A stretch of DNA of 64,000 nucleotides, taken from an uncultured Desulfatiglans sp. (GTDB lineage Bacteria > Desulfobacterota > DSM-4660 > Desulfatiglandales > HGW-15). The position numbers and the translations under genes were made by a program. Of the stretch, positions 29,097 to 36,756 are shown one piece after another. The notes under the pieces are model-generated. The model ran no database searches and was not told the origin of the DNA. It worked only from the letters and a program-made list of their open reading frames with translations. Numbering within the stretch: the stretch's first letter is position 1; every line of letters starts with the position of its first letter. The stretch is from NCBI GenBank assembly GCA_964499695.1, contig CAZCMD010000005.1:1710-65709 (forward strand), written 5' to 3'.

Positions 29097-31423
29097 ATGG
29101 TCAGAGAGAGTCTAATAGAAAAAAACTCCTGGCTGAAATCGGGTCAAAAGAGCGCTTCAGGCCGGATGAAAAGGTCAGGGTCATTGTTGTCCCAAGCTTT
29201 CCGGAACTGGGGCGCCTTGCCGCTCTCCGTTTTCTTGAATGGGTCTCTCTCAATCCTGGAGGAGTGGTCTCTTTACCCACAGGAAAGACACCTGAGCATT
29301 TTATATACTGGGTAAAATACTATCTCAATAACTGGGATCATAGGGATACAGCGGCTGACCTCGCGGGCCGTGGATTGGGGGAGGTTAAAAGACCAACCAC
29401 CTGCAATCTTACATTTGTACAGATGGATGAGTTCTACCCCATTGATTCAGAGCAGAGAAACAGCTTCTGTCATTATGTCAGGGAGTTCTATATAAAGGGG
29501 TTTGGTCTTGATCCTGACAGGGCCATGCTGATTGACTGCAACCTTATCGGGCTTGCTTCAGGAGAAAGATTATCCGATATCTGGCCCGGGGGAGACATCG
29601 ATCTCGGTCTTCGTGAGAGGATGCCTGTTACACCCCTTGAAAAACGTCAGAAAGAGGTCATAAGTGCGGTTGACAAGTGGTGCGATGCCTATGAAAAACA
29701 GATAGAAGCACTGGGGGGTATAGGGTTTTTCCTGGGCGGTATCGGACCGGGCGGGGATATCGCCTTTAATATCAGGGGAAGCGCACATGATTCAAAAACC
29801 CGCCTCACAATGACAAATTATGAGACACAGGCAGCGGCTGCAAATGATCTTGGGGGTATTGAGACAGCGGCAAAGCGGGCCGTGATAACAGTGGGTCTTG
29901 GTACCATCACAAAAAATCCGGAGTGTGTTGCAATTATCATGGCTGCCGGGGAGGCAAAATCACGGGTTGTCGCAAATGCTGTTCAGAGCGGGCATAATCA
30001 GGAGTATCCGGCAACAGCTTTGCACAGGTTAACAAACTCCGTCTTTTACCTGACAGAGGGGGCCGCAAAGAATTTAAAGACAAGGCATATCAGCAGCCTG
30101 AAAAAACAGGGGAGTTTAAGCGAGGTACAGATAAGAAAGGCGGTGATCGATCTCTCCATCTTCCTGAAAAAACCCTTTCATGAGCTTAGCGCTGATGACT
30201 TCATGCAGGACAAGATATGCGCCATGGCCATTGAGCAGGGTGAAAAGGTAACAGGCTGCACCGCCAGGGTACGCGAATGGCTTATGGATGCAGTAAAGAG
30301 GGGCCTCTCTGATCGTTCCGCTATTAACTGGCTCCATACAGAACCCCATCATGATGATATCTTACTCGGATACCTTTCGGGTGTTATAGGTGATCTTGAA
30401 GAGAGTTCACAAAGACATTCATTCGCCGCATTTACCAGCGGGTTCACGTCTGTTATCGGTTCATATCTAATGGGAAGGGTTGATAGCCTGATGCAGGCAA
30501 TGGAGGAGAAGGTAAATATTCCCGCAGGGCTGCCGGTGGATGAGGTTATTAAACTGTTTTTAGAGGGGCATAATAGTAACAACCCCCGGATAATGGCAAA
30601 GGCAGAAAATATCCATTTGTATAACTCCCTGTGCGAGGTATATAAAACAGAAGAACGAAAAACCATGCATGAAAAGCTCCTGTTGATAAAGGCATATCTG
30701 ACAGAAGCATACCCAGGGCAAAAAGACCCACCCGAGATCCAACTGTTAAAAGGCATGATGCGCGAATGGGAAAGCAACCTCTGCTGGGGTGCATTCAACA
30801 GGTTCTCATCAAAGACACATCATTTACGGCTTGGTTTTTATAAAGGGGATATCTTTAATGTCCCTCCATCAAGGGAAAGAGATGTGTATCCGGTTGTCAA
30901 CCTGATCTCATGGGTTGCCCCGGATATCATGTCAGTCGCCTTTGACCCTGAGGGAAGCGGCCCGGATACCCATTACAAGGTATTGCAAGTGGTGGCTGAT
31001 GCCATCCGCGTACAGAAGGAACACGGTATCCGGACACCAGGAAGAATATGGGGATACAGAAATGTATGGTACCGTTTTCACCCGGCTGAGGCCAATCTCT
31101 TTTTACCTGTTTCAGGGGCAGGCATGAAACGGGCAGGTAACCTGTTTATGGATTTTTTCAGGACACAGAAAGAGGCATCATTTCCAAGCCCGGAATATAA
31201 GGGGCCATTCAGTGAATATGCAGCGCTTATTCAGCGGGAGCAGTATGATTGGCTCATAACCTGCCTTGGTAAAGAGTGGTTTGCAGGGCATGAAGACCCG
31301 AAAATCCGCGCTGCAATTGGTTTTGTTTTTCTGAGAGAGATGAACACTGAAGAGTTGTTATTAAGGGCAAGGACCATCCGTAAAAAATATGAGCCGGATA
31401 ATCTTTGCATGCCAGGGATATAG
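29097..31423 (+). CDS. Long NagB-type glucosamine-6-phosphate deaminase fused to an LmbE/PIG-L-like domain (5' end needs a frameshift or a non-canonical start)
   Basis: Main ORF 29264-31423 (719 aa) has LPTGKTPEHF, VQMDEFYPI and GGIGPGGDIAFNIRGS (NagB fold) plus HTEPHHDDILLGY (PIG-L-like). Its frame is open and NagB-like from 29096 (KKLLAEIGSKERFRPDEKVRVIVVPSFPELGRLAALRFLEWV) but has no ATG. ATG 29097 is in another frame, and an 8th A at 29119-29125 would join them. Confidence 0.7.
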
Positions 31424-31426
31424 CGC

Positions 31427-31990
31427 ATGAAAAAGAGAAAGATCATTGCCGTGATTGATATAGGTGCAGGCCGCGGGGCAAAGACAGCTCTCTTTGATCT
31501 TCAGGGTAACTGCCTCTTAAAGGGGTTCTGCCGGTCAGTGCATACGGAAGATCGGGAGAGGTAATGGTTGACAGGCTTGTAAAACACTTTAAAAAACTAA
31601 TAGACAGATCATTCCATTCATCTGATGATCTTATTGCCCTTGGAGTTGATATGCCGGGCGTGATATCTGACGGCCAGGTGTATATATGCTCGAACCTGCC
31701 ATTTCTCGCAGGTGTAAATATAGGGGCACTCTTTGAGCAAAGGTTCACCTGCCCGGTGGTCATCATCAATGATGGTGAGAGCGGCGGGCTTATGGAGTGG
31801 CGTGTGCGTAAAAAGGAGCTTCTTTACTGGGTTATAGGTGGTGGATGGGGCGGGGCCTGGATCAATGCGGAGGGAGGTGTAACCTGCAAGGGTGATTTCT
31901 GTGAGGCGCGTGACAGGGCTCTTTTTCTTGTGAATGAACCGGGGTATGCTACAGGGATATCAGAAAAAATGCTTGGTGAGATATTTGAAG
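31427..31990 (+). pseudogene. ROK-family sugar kinase remnant (frameshifted, 3'-truncated)
   Basis: ATG 31427 gives MKKRKIIAVIDIGAGRGAKTALFDLQGNCLLKG, then stops at 31562. The continuation (VLPVSAYGRSGEVMVDRLVKHF..GVDMPGVI..VIINDGESGGLMEW..VIGGGWGGAWI) is in another frame, and a 5th G at 31522-31525 would join them. ROK similarity ends near 31990. Confidence 0.55.
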
Positions 31991-31993
31991 AAT

Positions 31994-32176
31994 ATGGCCT
32001 CTCTCCTGCGCTGGTTCTGCGGGTGTATCCTTGTCTACATGGCCCTGTTCGGGACAGGAAAGCTGATATTCGGTCAGTGGCTTATGGGGCTGGGATTTCT
32101 TGTCCTCGCAGCCTGTGCAGGGTTAATCATATACATTGATCTGAACAGGCGCGGGTGGAAGAGTGTGATGGAATAA
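31994..32176 (+). CDS. Possible 60-aa two-TM membrane protein
   Basis: MASLLRWFCGCILVYMALFGTGKLIFGQWLMGLGFLVLAACAGLIIYIDLNRRGWKSVME has two clear hydrophobic helices. The overlapping kinase frame is Arg-rich and not protein-like here. Confidence 0.35.
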   Translation: MASLLRWFCGCILVYMALFGTGKLIFGQWLMGLGFLVLAACAGLIIYIDLNRRGWKSVME

Positions 32177-32181
32177 ACCTT

Positions 32182-32206
32182 CAGGATGGGTTATTAACCC
32201 ATCCTG
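32182..32206 (+). terminator. Hairpin terminator
   Basis: Perfect 11-bp stem caggatgggtt/aacccatcctg with a 3-nt loop, followed by cttctactttg. Confidence 0.5.
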
Positions 32207-32234
32207 CTTCTACTTTGTAGATGGTTTGATCTTT

Positions 32235-32305
32235 GGCAATGCTATAGCTTCTCTAATTACCCTGAAGAAGAAAGAGCAGCTACCATCTCCGGTAAAATTC
32301 ATGAG
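32235..32305 (-). pseudogene. Fragment of a methyltransferase paralogue
   Basis: 32235-32290 matches 34669-34724 (inside the 34347-35123 methyltransferase) at 52/56 positions. Encodes ..NFTGDGSCSFFFRVIREAIALP versus ..NFAGDGNCSFFFRVIREAIALP. Confidence 0.6.
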
Positions 32306-32310
32306 TTTGA

Positions 32311-32397
32311 TTAGCAGATTTTATGTTTATCCAGTGCGATATATTCTGCGATTTCAGAAGCCCTATCAATAGCCAGCAGTGACCAGAAAATTTTCAA
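32311..32397 (-). pseudogene. Truncated ParE/RelE-like toxin stump (28 codons)
   Basis: A TTG overlapping the antitoxin stop opens MKIFWSLLAIDRASEIAEYIALDKHKIC*. The WS..A..D..EI..YIA.D pattern matches ParE/RelE toxin N-termini. The rest of the toxin is missing. Confidence 0.5.
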
Positions 32398-32687
32398 TTA
32401 TGGACTCTTTTTAATATTTTATTTTTTACCTCTTTATGCTCAATTCCCTGACCCTGTGCCAGTTGACTAAGAGATGTCTGGACATCAGTCAAAAGCTCAA
32501 GCTTTTCCTGCATGTTTTCATATTCAACAGCATCCATTAAAACAGCAACACCTTTACCATGCTGTGTGATGATAACAGGCCTTTTCGTGTCACGGACCTG
32601 CTTGATATAGTTTGCGATTCCAGTCCTTACCTCAGATAACGGTTTAATATCCTGATCAATTTTTAAACGTTGCATTTTGCACCTCAT
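32394..32687 (-). CDS. Phd/YefM-family type II antitoxin
   Basis: Contains KPLSEVRTGIANYIKQVRDTKRPVIITQHGKGVAVLMDAVEYENMQE. Probable start at ATG 32675 (MQRLKI). Confidence 0.85.
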   Translation of the reverse strand: MRCKMQRLKIDQDIKPLSEVRTGIANYIKQVRDTKRPVIITQHGKGVAVLMDAVEYENMQEKLELLTDVQTSLSQLAQGQGIEHKEVKNKILKRVHN

Positions 32688-32774
32688 AATTATCTATTTT
32701 ACGTACAATATATCGTACATTATTTAGTACTTGTAAGCAGTTTCTTTTGACATAACTGGTGCTTTATAAATCCT

Positions 32775-33206
32775 CTATTTCCCGCCTAATATCCCCAATA
32801 CCCCCCGTTTGAAAAACAGGTTTTGATCTTTGATTATAAAATATTTTGAAATATCAGGATCATTCAACCCTTTCTCCAACAGCTTGCTGATTTGTGATTT
32901 GTTTTCTTCTGATTGCCGGGCATGTCTGATGTAATCCTGAAAATTCAGATCAACCTCAATCTCGAAAGTCTTTTTAATTTCAATATCTCGTTGTGTATAA
33001 AGGGTTTTGATGAATTCTTTGCTCAGGGTTTTATGATGGCTTATATCTACCTCACGCTCAAAGTCCAACAAAGTATCCTGAACAGATATCTCACAAAAAC
33101 GGAAATAAGCTTCCTGGTATTCTTTATTTTTTGTAACTGACCTACTGCTGAAATTTTGGGCCTGTTTATCAAATTGTCTTTTTACTATTTCATGTAGCTT
33201 AGTCAT
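32775..33206 (-). CDS. Methyltransferase-like protein lacking the SAM-binding core (possible in-frame deletion relic)
   Basis: 143 aa. The N-terminus (KRQFDKQAQNFSS..DTLLD) and C-terminus (DISHHKTLSKEFIKTLYTQ..FQDYIRHARQSEENKSQISKLL) resemble the flanks of UbiE/YqeM-type class I methyltransferases. No GxGxG Rossmann segment lies between them. Confidence 0.4.
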   Translation of the reverse strand: MTKLHEIVKRQFDKQAQNFSSRSVTKNKEYQEAYFRFCEISVQDTLLDFEREVDISHHKTLSKEFIKTLYTQRDIEIKKTFEIEVDLNFQDYIRHARQSEENKSQISKLLEKGLNDPDISKYFIIKDQNLFFKRGVLGILGGK

Positions 33207-33296
33207 ACACTATTTCATATGCATTGTAAGGTTAACATAGAATTCAGCGGTTTTGTAAGCGGCGAAGTCGCTGGAAAAATCAGCTGAAATGTTTTG

Positions 33297-33950
33297 TTAT
33301 GCAATTTTATTACATACGATATATCTTAAGCAATGTGTATGTTCCCCAGCATCACCATGGTTTTCCGGATCGTTTATAATATTTTCTTCAATTATCTCAA
33401 ATTTATGAAAATGACTTCTGATGTCTTCGCTAGAAAAATAGTGCACTGGCCTACCAGGTTTACTTTCAAAAGTATATTTCTCCACTTCCGTGCCCTTCCC
33501 ATAACTTTCTTCTTTATCGGAAAAAACGACAAAAAAACAAATTCCACCAATTTTTAATTCCTGATAGCATTTATTGATAAAAAACTCCCGTTCCTTTTCT
33601 CTAAAAAGATGAAGCAAATTAAAACAATATATAGCATCAAACGACTCTCGACCAAAATCAATATCAAGACAAGAGCCAAGCATCATTTTTGTCTTTAGAT
33701 CATTTTCTTTTGCGATGGCACATGCTTTTTTTGAAATTTCTACACCACAAACTTCATAGCCTTGCGAAGAAAGAAAATTGGTATGCCTTCCGTATCCGGC
33801 GCCTGGTACGAGTATCTTTTTTACTTCATACTTTTTAAAAAAATCTATCGCACGATATATGGTTTGACTTGGGCTATCACCCCATATTTTATTTTCATCT
33901 TCAAATCGTTTTTCCCAATAGGAATTTAAATTATCTAAGTAGTTATTCAT
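33297..33950 (-). CDS. Class I SAM-dependent methyltransferase
   Basis: 217 aa with SAM motif ILVPGAGYGRHTNFL, acidic-loop VCGVEIS and FDAIYCFNLLHL. Confidence 0.85.
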   Translation of the reverse strand: MNNYLDNLNSYWEKRFEDENKIWGDSPSQTIYRAIDFFKKYEVKKILVPGAGYGRHTNFLSSQGYEVCGVEISKKACAIAKENDLKTKMMLGSCLDIDFGRESFDAIYCFNLLHLFREKEREFFINKCYQELKIGGICFFVVFSDKEESYGKGTEVEKYTFESKPGRPVHYFSSEDIRSHFHKFEIIEENIINDPENHGDAGEHTHCLRYIVCNKIA

Positions 33951-34346
33951 ATTACTCGCTCTCTATTTATTCGTTCAACCAATGATTATATGGTTTCTGT
34001 TTATCTTCTTAGTTCCAATAAACTTTTCCGGTAAAAAGAACCACTTTCAGTTATCTTCTAACTGTTTATCATGCTTTTTTACAGGGTAAAAAGAAAACTG
34101 TCTTTTCTAAAAAACGCTATTTAAAAAAGGGTTTTGAAGCAGGTAATACTTGCTTTGCCCCGAGTATTTAAATCAATCAATATTTTTTCTGAAATGTCTG
34201 TTTTGAATAGAAACGTGTGCAACTGTATATCAATCTGAATCTGGTTTCAACAGGTTATTATGTGTAGTTCTTTGTTGCATACGCAGGCTATATAAACCCG
34301 CCGCTGCACCGTTGTTCTCTTTGGAACTTAACTATGTTCATCCAGT

Positions 34347-35123
34347 TCATTTTTGAGCCAGCAGGTTAATCCTTCGGAAGGTCTCAAAACATCTGCCGTC
34401 ATCATGTTTGGTTTCTTCAATCATCCTTTTGACAACAAATGCCCGGAAAGGCTTTTTGTCCTGTTCCGCAACACATATGATAAAGGGTACCAGACTCGGC
34501 TGGTCTATCCATTTTATTAAGGCATTTGTATCCGGGAAGAACCTGTCAGCGTTTTCTCCCCAGACCTCGGCATTAATAAAGCCGCTGTTCTTAATGATTT
34601 CTCTGTACTCCTCAACCGGCGGCATAAACCAGGGCCATGAAAAATCCATAAAGTATTTTGAGAAACCGGGCAATGCTATAGCTTCTCTAATAACCCTGAA
34701 GAAGAAAGAACAGTTTCCATCTCCTGCAAAGTTAAATCGCACAACACCTTTTGGCCGTAATGCACGCTTGACGTTATCAAGAAGGTGGTAATGGTCCTTT
34801 ACCCAGTGTAGAGTAGCATTTGAGAAGATAATATCGAAGTCCCGGTCAAATGCGAGATCATTGATATCCATCAGGATAAATCGCAGGTTTTCGCTCTCTC
34901 TTGTAATTGCAGTTTCAATCATACCCCGTGATGCATCTATGCCGATGACCTCACCTTTGGGGACAAGGTTGGAAAGCCTGGCAGTCAAAACACCATCACC
35001 ACACCCAAGGTCAAGGATTCTCTCTGTGCCTTTAAGTTTAAACTCTTCAACGATCCTCTCTCCCCATTCTTTTTGATGAGAGGAGGCTTGCTCGTATTTC
35101 TTGCCATCAAATTCGTATGCCAT
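34347..35123 (-). CDS. Class I SAM-dependent methyltransferase (trans-aconitate methyltransferase-like)
   Basis: 258 aa with ILDLGCGDGVLTARL, VIGIDASRGMIETA and FDIIFSNATLHWV. Confidence 0.85.
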   Translation of the reverse strand: MAYEFDGKKYEQASSHQKEWGERIVEEFKLKGTERILDLGCGDGVLTARLSNLVPKGEVIGIDASRGMIETAITRESENLRFILMDINDLAFDRDFDIIFSNATLHWVKDHYHLLDNVKRALRPKGVVRFNFAGDGNCSFFFRVIREAIALPGFSKYFMDFSWPWFMPPVEEYREIIKNSGFINAEVWGENADRFFPDTNALIKWIDQPSLVPFIICVAEQDKKPFRAFVVKRMIEETKHDDGRCFETFRRINLLAQK

Positions 35124-35266
35124 ATTTTTTGTCTGCAGAAAATAAATTTACTTTAATGCGTGGAGTAAAGCGAAATACCTTTCCTCTCACCATATCGATA
35201 TTACATATATTGTACTCAAATTCATTATAAGGACAAGCACTTAATTAATGGGTGCAGTTAATGAAC

Positions 35267-35295
35267 TTGACACCTTTTCCCTTACACTTTATACT
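35267..35295 (+). promoter_or_regulatory. Sigma-70-type promoter of the cupin operon
   Basis: -35 TTGACA (35267-35272), 17-nt spacer, -10 TATACT (35290-35295). Lies about 44 nt upstream of ATG 35339, which is preceded by aaggag. Confidence 0.55.
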
Positions 35296-35338
35296 CCCTT
35301 TTAAAATTAAGTTATTATTAATAAAGGAGAATTTTTGA

Positions 35339-35833
35339 ATGGGAAAGTACGGTAAGTATATCGTCACTGAATTCTATGACAAATTCCAGCTCCCGGAAGA
35401 AAGGGCCTGGGAAAAGGCAATTATGGGTCGTGGCCCGCTTGAAGATGGTCTCAGGCGTATGATGGAACATATGGTCTGGATGGACTCCAATGTTATCCCT
35501 GGCGCATTTTATGCTGAGGCCGTATGGTTCTGGCCCCCTTCTATAACAGGCCGTGTAATAACCCCGCCAAAGCCGGGCGAGGAAGACAAGCATGGCATCC
35601 CGCCACATGCACACACATTTCCTGAGCTTCTTTCCTATTATGGAACAGATATGAATAACCCCAGGAATATTGGTTGCCAGATCGAGATATGGCTTGAGGG
35701 TGAAAAATATGTGTTTGATAAATCCTTTGTCCTGTATATCCCGGAGAATGTAGTGCATTGTCCCCTGAAGATGCATAATATGACAATGCCTCTTTTCCAT
35801 TTCACAATGGGACCTGGAGAAAGCTATACGTAA
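35339..35833 (+). CDS. Uncharacterised cupin-fold protein, paralogue 1
   Basis: 164 aa with cupin motif 1-like PPHAHTFPELLSYYG and motif 2-like IPENVVHCPL. Shares the pattern H.H.F.EL...YG....IE....GE....SF...IP..V.H.PL with the next ORF. Confidence 0.6.
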   Translation: MGKYGKYIVTEFYDKFQLPEERAWEKAIMGRGPLEDGLRRMMEHMVWMDSNVIPGAFYAEAVWFWPPSITGRVITPPKPGEEDKHGIPPHAHTFPELLSYYGTDMNNPRNIGCQIEIWLEGEKYVFDKSFVLYIPENVVHCPLKMHNMTMPLFHFTMGPGESYT

Positions 35834-35892
35834 TTATGAAGTAATTATTGTGTAACGATATTATAAATCTGAATAATAAAGTGAGATAAAAT

Positions 35893-36339
35893 ATGTCAGA
35901 ACAAAAATATACAAAATATTTTATATTTGATGATAAAAAAGGCCTTAAGCTCCCATCATACAGGTTGAATACCGACTCGAAAAAGATAATAAGAATGACC
36001 CATATAGATGCTGATACGGTTAAGGGTGCGACCTTTTATAATGAAATGATGTGGATACTACCCGGGTTTGATAAAGACTGTAAGGATAAGAAACCGAATT
36101 TCAAGGAGGAGCATACCCATGATTTCGGCGAGCTTATGTGCTTTTACGGCCTGAATTATGAAAATGTCATGGACCTTGGTGCAGAGATAGAGTTTTCTAT
36201 TGATGGTGAAACACATATCATCAAAGAGAGCTTTACCGCATTTATACCGCCGGGTGTAAAACACGGCCCCCTTACCATCAGGAATGTTACACGGCCCATT
36301 GCGCACATGATAGCCTGCACAACCGGGAGATATAAGTAG
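35893..36339 (+). CDS. Uncharacterised cupin-fold protein, paralogue 2
   Basis: 148 aa with EEHTHDFGELMCFYG and IPPGVKHGPL. Confidence 0.6.
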   Translation: MSEQKYTKYFIFDDKKGLKLPSYRLNTDSKKIIRMTHIDADTVKGATFYNEMMWILPGFDKDCKDKKPNFKEEHTHDFGELMCFYGLNYENVMDLGAEIEFSIDGETHIIKESFTAFIPPGVKHGPLTIRNVTRPIAHMIACTTGRYK

Positions 36340-36435
36340 TATTACCTTATTAAGGGTAAACACGGAGAGGTTGAGTCAGTTATGTCTCAACCTTTTTTGT
36401 CCTTAATAAAATATAACCAGCAAGGAGGAAATAAA

Positions 36436-36615
36436 ATGAAAAATGTAGAGATGAATCTTGAAGGAAATATCCTGACAATAAAGGTGGATATTACAAAGGA
36501 ATTCGGACCCTCTTCATCAGGGAAGACCATTATTATTGCAACAACCGAAGGAAATATCGCTATTCCTGACAAAGATGATGTTAAGATCGGCCTGAACGTA
36601 TATAAGAAGAAATAG
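36436..36615 (+). CDS. Hypothetical 59-aa protein
   Basis: ATG 36436 lies 7 nt after the strong SD aggagg (36423-36428). Sequence MKNVEMNLEGNILTIKVDITKEFGPSSSGKTIIIATTEGNIAIPDKDDVKIGLNVYKKK. Followed by a hairpin (36648-36668) plus T tract. Confidence 0.45.
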   Translation: MKNVEMNLEGNILTIKVDITKEFGPSSSGKTIIIATTEGNIAIPDKDDVKIGLNVYKKK

Positions 36616-36691
36616 CCGATCTTTACGTTTATCAAAGCTCTTCGTAGGGTGGCCTTTTACAGGTCACCTGGCTTTTCAGGATTTTTTGTTC

Positions 36692-36706
36692 CCACGGTGA
36701 CCGTGG
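36692..36706. terminator. Perfect short palindrome between convergent genes
   Basis: ccacggt g accgtgg. Lies between the small ORF (plus strand) and the MBL-fold gene (minus strand). Confidence 0.35.
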
Positions 36707-36756
36707 TAACGAAAGGTATTTAGTTTGCCTACCCTTCATGCAGATATCTTATAATT

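Noticed and set aside
29097-29315. ORF 29097-29315 and ORF 26133-26612 as independent small genes
   Set aside because: The 29097 ORF only supplies an ATG and nine plausible codons before drifting into non-protein-like sequence that overlaps the NagB frame. ORF 26133-26612 is collinear with the GH89 C-terminal domain. Both are better explained as parts of the neighbouring gene.
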